A stretch of DNA of 32,823 bases from Piptocephalis cylindrospora (taxonomy: Eukaryota), in the NCBI GenBank assembly GCA_003614145.1, contig KZ987745.1, positions 1-32,823 on the forward strand. The letters run 5' to 3'. How positions within the stretch are numbered: position 1 is the first letter of the stretch; every line of letters begins with the position of its first letter. Both the position numbers and the translations under genes were made by a program. This document shows, piece after piece, positions 22,562 to 32,823 of this stretch. The notes under the pieces are model-generated. The model made no database searches. It had not been told where the DNA came from and saw nothing but the letters and a program-made list of their open reading frames with translations.

Positions 22562-23944
22562 TTAGGCCTTGACGACGGCGGAAGAGGCACGACGCTTCTT
22601 GAGCTCCTGCTTCTTCTCACGCTGCTCCTTGACACGGTGGGCAAGAAGAGCGGCGTACTCAGTGGCAGCCTGCTTGGTGGCCTCGGCGTGACGACGCTTG
22701 AGGGCAGCCCGGTGACGCTTGCGCTGGAGGGTCAGGGGAGTGACGAGACGCTGGATCTTGGGGGCCTTGGTGTAGGGCTTCTTCTCGGGGTTCTTGGGCT
22801 GGACCTCGCGACGAATGACATACTTGCGGACATCATCCTCCTTGGTGAGGTTGAACATCTTACGGATGTTGGAGGCACGCTTGGGACCAAGACGCTTGGG
22901 GACGGAAGTGTCAGTGAGGCCGGGAATCTCGTTCTCACCCTGCTTGACGACGACGAGGGAGAGGACGGAAAGATCGGGACCAACGATGCAACCGCGGACG
23001 GACTTGCGCTTGCGCTCACCAGTACGGCGGGGACGGTAGCACGAGTGACCCTTAGCGAGGAGAAGGCGGACACGGGGGGGAAGGAGGACACCCTGCTTCA
23101 TGGGGAAACCCTGCTTGTCGTTTCCACCAGAGATACGGAAGATGTAGCCCTTGAACTCATCACCGAGAGAGTCACCGGGGACCTCAGCGGAGATGCGCTT
23201 GTCGTAAAAGACGCGGACCTTGTGCTCATCGTCGAATTCAATGAGCTTCTGGCAGCCGGTGGCTGGGTTGGCGATGTTAAGCTATAAGGAGGAGGGAAAG
23301 AAGGAATGAGTTTCGAAGGAATAGGAGAGGAAACGGGGGTAGGATACACGATGGATGCTGCTTTCAAGTAGAATGACGCCCAGGCAAGATGGACAGAGCA
23401 AGGGCCCAGAAGTAAGGCAGGTGAGTAGGAGGCACAGCTTTGTTCGAACAGACAAGCTGATGATGATTCCAATAGCCAGTGGCCAAAGAATAGAGGGTGC
23501 GATATTCCAATGAGGCCTAACAAGTCCCAAGCCTGATCATGGCTCCTCCAAAACTAGTGGCACCTCTGCTACCCTCCACTGACGCAAAGATGGGATCGTG
23601 CCATCACGATGGGTAGTGCCCAGTATTATCTCATGTCACCATTCCCTCCATCATCTCTAGGGACCTATCCTAATCCCATCACTATCCATCCTTAAAGCCC
23701 TGAACATCCTGAAGATACGCATCCATGGCCTTGGCCTAGGAAAGGAACGCGTAGTCGGATGGATGGATCCTTCCAAGATACCCTCCGGATACCCCCACTT
23801 ATCCCATCCTCCCTTACCCATCCATCCATCCATCCATCCATCCATCCATCCATCCTCCATGCATACCCCTCCATCTTTTCTTTGCAGCCATCGTGTATCC
23901 TCGATAGACATGATCTATCTATCTCGAGTAAGGCTTACCTTCAT
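22562..23944 (-). CDS. RPS6: 40S ribosomal protein S6 (eS6), 241 aa; coding exons 23944..23939 (ATGAAG) and 23281..22562
   Basis: [14 protein letters not shown]...[21 protein letters not shown]...[11 protein letters not shown]...KRLGPKRA...[11 protein letters not shown]...KRRASS; intron 23938..23282 (GTAAGC..TAG). Confidence 0.97.
23818..23853. repeat. (CCAT)9 microsatellite inside the RPS6 intron
   Basis: Direct reading. Confidence 0.95.
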
Positions 23945-24121
23945 TCTGGGCAAGTGTTAGTCGCACGCAACAAGGCTTTCAGGGAGACCTTTGATACGCT
24001 GCGGTAGGAAGAGGGGGAGCGTCAGACGGGGGGGGGATTTATCGTTCGGATCCTCTCCCCTAGGATCAATCTGTGGGGTGGGATGAGCTGTGTGTGCTGC
24101 ACACTCACCACTGTGAAGGAT

Positions 24122-24124
<3 letters not shown>

Positions 24125-24163
<39 letters not shown>
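24125..24163. repeat. (AC)19 microsatellite upstream of RPS6
   Basis: Direct reading. Confidence 0.95.
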
Positions 24164-24166
<3 letters not shown>

Positions 24167-25499
24167 GCCCACAGTGAGGGACAGAATGGATACAGAGGTG
24201 TGTCGAGGGTGGCATAGCCCTTATCCAATAAAGTAAGCCCCTTTTGATGAGGCTCTTGTCAGCTAAGATTATGGCCATTGGGCATCAGCAGCCAAATTTG
24301 TAAAATGTCAATTCGCTTTTTAATATTGGCCAAAGTTCCTGGTGCACACCAGAAAGGTGTTATTTTAAGGGGAGTCCTACGATCGAAATGTCTCCTGCAT
24401 ACAAGCATCAAGGAGAACTCCTTATATCTCATAATAAATCCCACCTCAAGGAGCCAATGTAGATTCGTCATTCTTCAATCACCATGAGGAGTAAATCATC
24501 TGTCATATTCCTTTTGTTGATTTATTGATCGGCCTAGTCATTTCAAACCCCTTATTAATATTAATGATGTAGCCCAGCCCATTTCTATCGGATTTTATTC
24601 AGAAATTTATCTTCAAGTCAATTGATCGTAGCAATTGGTGGCAACATTAGACACGTCAAGACAAATCTCAGACTCTCTTCTATCCAATTTTTCCATGTCA
24701 TGAGGTGATCCTCCTGACCCTTCATAGTTAATGTTATTCTCTTTATTCGTTGGGGTGGCTCGGTCAAATGCCACTTTTTCCTGGTCATTCATCCTCACTC
24801 TCCCTATCGCTTTACCCTCATGAATCATGCCTTGTGGCTCACTTGCCTTTCCTTCACGTACGATCCCGGGAAAGTACGGGTGGGCTGCTGATGAATTCAT
24901 ATGTGCAAGGCAATGCACAAGTCAGAAAAGAAGGCTTATTCATATCCGTATCGAATTTGACCCCTTTCCCATTCCATTATGGAGGCACGAGTATGTGCGA
25001 GCGTGTGCTAGCCCCAAAAAGGCTCATTATCTCCTGGGGGGAAATGGAGAACGAATGAGGACCAACTGACTAGGGACCTCCCTTTGTTCTCCTGAGAGGT
25101 CATGGGTGTAAAGGCTGGGTGTTGTTCCTACCACACTACTACCGCCCATTGACTACTCTATTGGGCCGAATGGACGAAGAAGATCAGGCCGAGTGTCCCA
25201 AGCCCAACGTCTCAAGACTCGATGATCCTCCCACCCCTGTGCCGATGACGCTACCACTTAAAAGCCCACTTCACACTAACCTTCGTTTCCCTTCCTTTAC
25301 TTGATCAAATATTTTCTCTTTTCTCTTTTCACTCATCCTCCTTTCACTTTCATCTTCCTTCCCTCTTTTATTCATCTCTTTTCCTAGCAGTCTTTTCGCG
25401 CGCGCTATCTTGTCATTGATTGCATTGTCTTCTTCTACCCCATATCCAATTTTGTCTTGTCTCGTCTCCTACTGCTATATCTGCCCTCCCTCTTGACCA

Positions 25500-27512
25500 A
25501 TGACTACTGATCCGACACCAGAGCCGCAGGTGCACGCTACTCCCATCATGGGGGAAATATCAGTTCCTGAGGGTGTTCAAAAGCACAAGGCCGAGGAAAT
25601 TCTAAAGTCCGAGCAGGTCACAGGCGATACTTCTGCTCAGGAGGCCCCTGCCCCCCAGATTATTCCCAAGCCCGAGGATGCTGATCCTTCTTCTCAGGTA
25701 ATCTCCAAGGATGAAGACGATGCCCCACTTCCCCAAATCAGCCTTAATGATGAGACACTGTCCCCTCAGCCTATTTCCAAAGATGGGGAGGATGCCCCAG
25801 CTCCTCAAATAGTCCCCAAGGGCGAGGGGGATGATCCAGTTCCTCAAGTCACCCCCAACGATGAGGAGGACACCCCTGTTCCCCAGGCCGTCGCTAAAGA
25901 GGAAGATGCGATTCTAGCGCCGCAGGTGACTGCAAATGATGAAGGTGAAGTTCTGGTTCCTCAAGTTCTTTCCAAGAAGGATGATGCCCCAGCTCCTCAG
26001 ATTATCTCTAAAGGAGAAGATGATGTCCCAGCTCCTCAGATTATCTCTAAAGGAGAAGATGATGCTCCAGCTCCTCAGATTATCCCCAGAGAAGAAGGGG
26101 ATGCCCCTACCCCTCAGATAACGGATGGTGGAGCCAAGAATAAAGGTACTTCTCTGAAAGAAGAGGAGGAAGAGGAGGAGGAGGCCTTGGAATATGAGAC
26201 ATCTCCATTGCTGGAGGCCATGTCCAAGGATGAAGTGAGAAAAGCCTCCAAGCTCCAGAGACGCCTCAACTCGATCCTTACATCGGCCCAAGAAGAGACG
26301 GAGAAAGAGGTGATTCCCGCCCTATGGGGTGTCGAACTAGATCCCACCTCCACAGACCCAAGAATTCCCGTCGTCCTCTCCAAGTTTCTTCGCGCCAACC
26401 CCGGGGACTTTAAGGCTGCAGAGACTAGTCTACGCAGTATCTTGGTCTGGAGGGCTAATTTCGATATTCCCACCCTTTTGACCTCTGAGGACTTCCCAGA
26501 GGAACTGGGGGAAAATATAGGAGTTATCCGTCCCAAGGATGTGAAGGGTCGCCCCGTTGTCTACCATCAGTATAGTGGGGTGGATCACAAAGCAGCCTTT
26601 GGTGATTTGGATCGTTTTGTCCGCTGGCGTGTCCAGCTCATGGAGCTATCCATGCTTCAATGCGACTTCCTCCACGCTGATTCCCTTCTCATGATCCATG
26701 ATTATGCCGGAGTCAGCATCTTTTCCTATGACAGGTACGCAAAGGCCGCCTCCAAGAAGACCATCTCGATTCTGCAGGATAACTACCCCGAGTGCTTGGT
26801 ACGTGTGGGATGCAGGTGAGAGAGGGTAAGGGTAGAGATACCACACTTACCTTTTAAATCTCATGACACATTTCCACACTCGGTATAGGCGGTCAAGCTA
26901 TTCATCCACATCCCCTGGTGGGGGACCTCCATCTACAAGCTGGTCAGCCGGTGGATCCCTGAGGCCACTAGGAAGAAGATATCAATTGTATCCACCGCTG
27001 AGACCCTTTCTGTCCTGCTTACTTACATCAAGGAAGATGATTTGCCCAAAATCTATCAAAAGCCCGTTGTAGGGACAAAGGTTAAGGGACTCAGTCCCAA
27101 GCAGGAGGGCTCATCTGAACCAGCGGTCTCTGAGGAGGTCGGAGGAATCAGTTCGGCTCCGACGGAGGCTGGAAAGGGCACATCTCTTGCTCCTGCCATA
27201 GAGGATGCCGCCCCCTTGGTTCCGGCCAAGTCTGAGAGTGAGCAAGTGGCTAAGGAGGAGGATACTTCTTTGCCCCCGGTAAAGGGTGAGGGTGTAGTAG
27301 AGAACAAGGGAGATGATATCCCTGTTCCTCCGCCCAAGGCTGAGGAGACCGAGGTCAAAACTGGAGAGACCGAGGTCAAGGCTGAGGAGACCGAGGTCAA
27401 AACTGGAGAGACCGAGGTCAAGGCTGGAGAGACCGAGGTCAAGGTTGGGGAGACCGAGGTCAAGGTTGGGGAGACTGAGATTAAGGCTGAGGAGACTGAG
27501 GTTAAGGCTTAG
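25500..27512 (+). CDS. CRAL-TRIO/Sec14-family lipid-transfer protein (Sfh5/patellin-like), about 640 aa; exons 25500..26798, 26889..27512
   Basis: LWGVEL...VLSKFLRAN...ILVWR, DVKGRPVVYHQY, FVRWRVQLME, IHDYAGVS, LQDNYPECL|AVKLFIHIPWW...WIPEATRKKI. Confidence 0.88.
25641..26120 (+). repeat. Coding tandem array of about 13 degenerate 39-nt units (consensus DAPAPQIISKGED)
   Basis: Near-identical units at 25983..26021, 26022..26060 and 26061..26099, with more diverged copies upstream. Confidence 0.85.
27339..27506 (+). repeat. Coding tandem array, 8 x 21 nt ([A/T/V][E/G]ETE[V/I]K)
   Basis: AEETEVK TGETEVK AEETEVK TGETEVK AGETEVK VGETEVK VGETEIK AEETEVK, one codon before the stop. Confidence 0.95.
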
Positions 27513-27806
27513 ACTTTAGGTCATTCATTATGGTGCATTTTTATGATCGAACGGACGCACCACATCAGCTAAGAAAATAAAGTACTCTTTTCTTGGGAGG
27601 GAGCTAGGATGTCGATGGAAGAAGAAATAACGATGTGATTTGTATGGAAGACGCATGTGATTGTTATCAAGTTACATTTACACATTAATGAAGCCTTGAG
27701 CATCATTGATAGACCACTTCCCTGAACGTAACAGCACCCATAGTTTATTTCTTCCATGAGAATTAGTCGGATTAACATTGTTTCCTAACCAAGGACCCCC
27801 CCCCCC

Positions 27807-28743
27807 TTAATGAGCCATATTATCCTCATCCTTCAGGTACTGCAAGAGCAGAGCAAGGGCCTTGGACCGGTGGGAAAGGGTATTCTTCAGTTCCTTGGGC
27901 ATTTCAGCATAGGTTTGATCATGGCCTTGGGGCTGGAAAACGGCATCCCAGCCAAAGACCTTGGGTCCTCTAGCCTGAACAATCTCGCCCTGATAATTGA
28001 AGAAGCATGAGTGGTCTTGTAGATAAAGAGGGGAAGTGGAGGATTCCTTACCAATGTCCGACCCTCAAAGATGATAGGCTCGGTTCCTGGACCATTGGAC
28101 AGGGCAAAGGTGCATGTGGCCGTGGCTGACTTGTCCCCGAACCCGACTAGCATGCGATTTAACCCTATAGACAGGATAAGGTGAGTGTACGGCTCGTTCG
28201 TTATCCTAGTACAATAGGAATATATCTTGTTGACTTACCATCATGACCCAAGGATTCCATGAACCATTTACTAGAGAGATGGTGTTGTTATTATTAGGAG
28301 AGGATGAGCATGACCTTGACTCATCTCCACAATGTCCTATTCCACTCACATATAGGGGCCAGGAAGATGGCCCATAGCATTAAAGATCAATCCAGTATCT
28401 TCGACAATACAAGGTCCATTCAGCTATTGCATCATGAGCGAGTTAGTACGGGCTGATGGCCGGGTATAAATGCTTCTAGTCACTTACCGCTTCAGCGGCA
28501 CGACGGCACTTATCCTTGGCGACCTCCTCGGCAGTTCCCTGAATTTCCGTCACTGGAATGGGAAAGAAAGGAGAAAACGTGTACGTGTCGGTAATGACCC
28601 AGAATGCACTCATCTGTCCCATCTCCTTACTTACGGTCCACGGTGTGGGACACGACGTTGACGACGCCCTGCAGGATGCTGCATACTTCCTCCAGCTTTT
28701 TGGCATTTCCCGTTACAAAGGTCAGGGTGCGTAGGGCGGGCAT
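27807..28743 (-). CDS. HAM1: Inosine triphosphate pyrophosphatase, 191 aa; exons 28743..28635, 28552..28488, 28423..28350, 28270..28239, 28164..28052, 27989..27807
   Basis: [63 protein letters not shown] across five frame-preserving introns. Confidence 0.95.
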
Positions 28744-29060
28744 GGTTGATCAGTAGGGTAGCGCTTATTCTTGAGGAAGGAGTGCTGTTTCCTTGACCCT
28801 GATGGGGCTACTTGGATCGTGGTGGTGTCAAAACCTTGACTTTTCCTGACTAAAGGACAGACGCTCATTCAAAACAAGAATGAAATTCGGCCTTTAAATT
28901 ATCCAAGCTTAAATTATATCCAGTGAAATTGTACATTATTCAGCCACAGCCCTTTCGACAAACGTCCTAGGAGGTAAGGCTGTGGAAGGCGCGTCTGGAG
29001 TCTTGGATGGAGCAGTCCAGCGCTGCTGCTTCCTTGCCTCTCTACATACCCACACTCGCC

Positions 29061-29327
29061 ATGCCTCCAAAAGAAGATCCCCCGATCCAACGACGCTCAC
29101 ACGAACGATATGTCCCAAAGACAGCTCCTACCTCTGGAGGTGGTAAGGAGGAAGAAGAGGAAGAAGACGAGTATGACGCTCGGATCCGACGAACAGGATG
29201 CTATGAAGAGAATGACCGGTTGCAGGAATGTTACCTTGCCAAACATGACTGGCGGGCCTGTAAACAGGAGATGGAGGCTTTCCGCACTTGTTTTTCTCGT
29301 CATCAATCTAAGAAAAATAACGAGTAG
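29061..29327 (+). CDS. COA4: Twin CX9C mitochondrial cytochrome c oxidase assembly factor, Coa4-like, 88 aa (alternative start 29007)
   Basis: DEYDARIRRTGC-X9-CYLAKHDWRAC-X9-CF matches the Coa4 pattern. Confidence 0.82.
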   Translation: MPPKEDPPIQRRSHERYVPKTAPTSGGGKEEEEEEDEYDARIRRTGCYEENDRLQECYLAKHDWRACKQEMEAFRTCFSRHQSKKNNE

Positions 29328-29599
29328 AGGCCTTTGTAGTTGACCTAGTTGAATATTTATTCTAGGGGATATATGACGCTCCCTTCTCGGAAATATCGTG
29401 TCCTTCGCTTATGCTTCCTTTTTTTATCCCATGATCCTACACTCTTCTTTCTCGAGAGACGAATGCATTCTCGTTCAACAAAGATCATCAGGTGTTCATT
29501 CTTTCATTCGTCCTTGTCTTACTCCATCCCCTCTCATTCTCTGTCTCTGAATCCCATCCCCTGCACCACATTCATCCTTTCACGCCCTGTTATCCAAAC

Positions 29600-31169
29600 T
29601 TAGCCCAAAGAACCAAATACACGGTTGTGCCGACAGATACTGGGACCATGCTCCTCGTACTCGGCCTTGGTGTGGCAATAGGAGCCAAAATCGGGGAGGG
29701 AGGCAAGGAGAGACCCGCCAAACCAGACAGCATACCTCTGGGTCTTGTGCGAGATGACGTTGACATCCATGGGCTTGGACTTGAGAAGGCCACCACTCAG
29801 CTCCTCACTCTTCCGGATCCGTGCATCAACAATCCTCTTGATGTCCCTTTGCAGCCTCTTGCCAAAGTCCTTGAACATGGTGGAGCCTCCGCTCAGGACG
29901 ATATTCTACATGGGAGGAAGGAAGGGGTGAGCAACCCGTGTTGGGGGGTGATGTAGGGCATGGGGAAAGATACCTTGTAAAGACCACGGCGCGTGTCAAT
30001 TGGTGATGTCTGCACCACGTTGTCCACCACCTCGGGCAGAGGGGTAAGAAAGTCGGAAGAGGCGATTTCGGGGTTGAAGAAAACCTCTGGTGCTAGGAAT
30101 CGTTCATAGCCCACATCCACTCGATAGAGCTGGAGGAAGGGGAAAAATCAGGGTTTAAAGGATGGTCCTCTCTCCTCTCCATCCATCCTCGTCATCATAA
30201 ACACTAACCTGCTGGGTGACGGAGTGTTTGCCCTCAAATGTCTTAAAGTACTTTTCACCCTCTTGATCATATCGCTTAAACTCCTTGACAATGTCGGGGC
30301 ACACATAGGCGTACTCCTCCTTGATCCTTCGGGCCACGTCCATGGAATCCTCGGGGGGGAAGGCGTTTTCGCCTCGATCGCGCAGGAGTTGCTGGACAAA
30401 TTGAGTGAGGTCCCGGCCGGCAATGGGGATATGTTTGATGGAGGAGCCAATGACATAGCCATCGGCCACGGGGATCACATGGGTCACGCCATCACCGCTG
30501 TCGATGACGGTACCAGTCAGGGTACGGTCATTGACCTTACCTGAGGTCCAGCCAGCAGCCAGGGCCAGGACGGCCTGGACAGCAATGTAGAGGGCGGGGA
30601 CGTTGAAGGTCTCAAAGAAGATCTCGGCCGTCTGTTCCCGATTCTCCGGGGCATTGAGCGGGGGCTCGGTGAGGAGGAAGGAGTGATCCTCGGGCTCGGC
30701 ACGAAGGTGCTTGAAGATGGACTGGGCCCACAGACGTTCCATATGATCCCAATTTTCCACTTGGCCATGTCGGACGGGGTAGTTGACGCTATATGTCTTG
30801 GCGTGTTGCAAGGCCTCGTCCCCAATGTAAAAATCCAGGTCCTCAAGGCCCCTTTTGGTGTGCAGGTAGGAGGAGGAGGCAAAACGGGTGGAGGAAGCGG
30901 GACCCGTGGAGGTGACCGAAGAGGGGATCCCGGCCGAGGAAGAGGAAGAGGTGGAGGAGGAGGAACTGGACTGGGTGGCCACCACGGTTGGGAAGATACA
31001 CTGGGGTTCCGTGTTTCCCGCGAACCCGAGTTTAGTGTACCTGAAGAGGATGGGGATGAGATGGTGTTGTTGTTACGTGTGTGGGAGATTGGCCAGGGTC
31101 AGACGGTCTGTCCACTGAGGGTACTTACCCGGTTCCATTGTCCATGACGATGGGGGCTAGACGGGACAT
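29600..31169 (-). CDS. ARP3: Actin-related protein 3 (Arp2/3 complex), 444 aa; exons 31169..31129, 31040..30209, 30129..29974, 29905..29600
   Basis: [111 protein letters not shown]. Confidence 0.97.
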
Positions 31170-31779
31170 GATGGGCAAGAAGTGAAGAGTACGGCGAGCC
31201 TGGGAAAGATGAGGGGATGGAGATGGGATGGATGGGAGAAGGATGGAGAGGTGTAAGGGATGGGGAGGAGGAGAGGAGAGTCCAACAGAGCAGGTCATCA
31301 TCCTCACGATGGCATCCTCACACCACTCTGAGGTGGGCGGAGTGAAGCGCGAGGCCATCTGGGCGTGGGGGAGTTGAGCGCCAGCTGGTGTCGGCTTGGT
31401 GAAGGGGCGACGGTGATGGAGAGGGTGGTTGTGTGTGGTCGTGGTATAGGGTGCAGGCGGTCTCTGACCTGGCACTTCACACCCATGCACACGCCTTGTA
31501 CACTACTGCTAAGCAGTAGAGTGATTGAAGACTGGCTGGGAGATGAGAAAGGGGGTTGGGACGAGCAACAACACATTGGCGCGTCACCCAAAGCTATCGA
31601 CGCCTTCAAGACTAATATCCTACAGGGCTGAACAAGGCTGAATTTTGAATTGATTTTTGACATGGTTTCAAAATAGGACGTTGATGATGCTGATGCAAGT
31701 AGCAGATGCTTGATCTGGTGCTTGAACGAGAGGTAATGCCCTATCCTCTTTATTCTGCCCATCCTTTCTATTCTTCCCA

Positions 31780-32588
31780 ATGGTAAACCTGGACCTTTTG
31801 TTACAAACGGCGGAATATGCAGCCAAGAAGCATCGTGATCAACGACGCAAGGATCCTGAACAGACTCGTAAGTGACTGTGTTTCTTGGTATCATTCTTCC
31901 CAGACTCATCTTCTTGTCCTCCAGCATATATCAACCATCCTTTGGGGGTGACTCGCCTTTTGACCTCGGCGGGGATAACCCATCTCCCTACCCTCCAGGC
32001 AGCGCTGCTTCATGATACGGTGGAGGATACAGACACGACCGTTTCCGAGGTATGTGTTGGGTAGGAAGAGTATGAATTGTGGAATAATCTCACTCCCCGT
32101 CCCAAATCATCATCGTCATCACTCTAGTTGGAGACTGTCTTTGGTCTTGAGGTAGCCACTATTGTGAAAGAATGCACGGATGATACAACCTTGCCTAAGG
32201 CAGAGAGGAAGCGTCGACAGATCCTTGCTGCTCCCACAGTGTCTCTTGAGGTAATGAATCATCACCCTGCCAGATTGAACCTGCTTGCGCCCTTTATCCC
32301 CTTCCTCCCATCTCATCCTCTTCTCCATAGGCCAAGAGAGTGAAACTTGCAGATAAGCTATACAATCTACGAGACCTTTTGCGTACTCTTCCCCTCGGCT
32401 GGTACGATCTTACTCCTTATTGACCTCACTCGTACATACTAACTCACTCTACTCTCTACGATAGGACGGATGAACGCAAGTTGGAATACTTCGCATGGGC
32501 CAAAAAAGTGACAGATGGATGCCAAGGGGCATGTCCTCCTTTGGAGGATCAGCTAAAACAATTATACCAGGAAGTGCTTGGTGTTTAA
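31780..32588 (+). CDS. HDDC3: MESH1/HDDC3-type HD-domain (p)ppGpp 3'-pyrophosphohydrolase / NADPH phosphatase, 176 aa; exons 31780..31867, 31925..32049, 32128..32250, 32331..32401, 32465..32588
   Basis: Spliced product has [76 protein letters not shown]...EYFAWA. Four canonical introns. Mostly missed by the ORF track. Confidence 0.93.
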
Positions 32589-32823
32589 TGAATGCGACTA
32601 TTTCATCATACAAACACATCATGCCGCCTTTTTCATTACTTAACGTTCAATTGGCAAATTCTATTCCCACGCACGTCAATCCCCACCACCCCCCCCCTCC
32701 CCCCTAAACATTTCCTACCCCCGACTTTCACCGTGAACTCTAAAGGGGGTCTTTGACTAGAAAAAACATATACTGTGCCGGGTCCCAATGCAATATTTTT
32801 CTTACCCCCCGTACAAACAGTTA

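Noticed and set aside
22385..23287. 300-aa plus-strand ORF antisense to RPS6
   Set aside because: Typical by-product of strong codon bias in a highly expressed gene; it ends at the RPS6 exon boundary.
23460..23536. ATGATGA...CTGA spaced like a C/D snoRNA
   Set aside because: Antisense to the RPS6 host transcript, with a weak terminal stem and no recognisable guide.
27339..27506. Regular 21-nt repeats considered as a CRISPR-like array
   Set aside because: No unique spacers; it is an in-frame coding repeat in a eukaryotic gene.
30880..30975. Poly-Ser insertion in ARP3
   Set aside because: Lies in a loop that is commonly extended and variable in fungal Arp3.

Overview
Gene-dense eukaryotic (fungal) DNA with many short GT-AG introns, mostly 55-145 nt. 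An early-diverging zygomycete-grade, possibly Zoopagomycota-like, fungus is my inference from gene content and intron style, not a verified assignment. All gene models were spliced by hand. Content in order: 3' part of topoisomerase II, tRNA-Asn(GTT), an intronless M36 fungalysin, PIF1, a PWWP + TFIIS-N-like chromatin protein, two tandem Kre9/Knh1-like GPI surface proteins, a 7-TM orphan, a YG-repeat GPI protein, an 8-exon STIL-like gene, RPS6, an Sfh5/patellin-like CRAL-TRIO protein with two repeat arrays, HAM1/ITPA, COA4, ARP3 and a 5-exon MESH1/HDDC3. Most notable: (1) a STIL/Ana2/SAS-5-type centriole-assembly homolog that ends right after its coiled coil, visible only after splicing; (2) an animal-like MESH1 (p)ppGpp/NADPH phosphatase; (3) a GPCR-like gene whose tail appears frameshifted at a G9 run; (4) a long RPS6 intron with extensive long-range pairing. 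The first 83 bp are an inverted copy of 944-1026 and are probably an amplification or assembly chimera.
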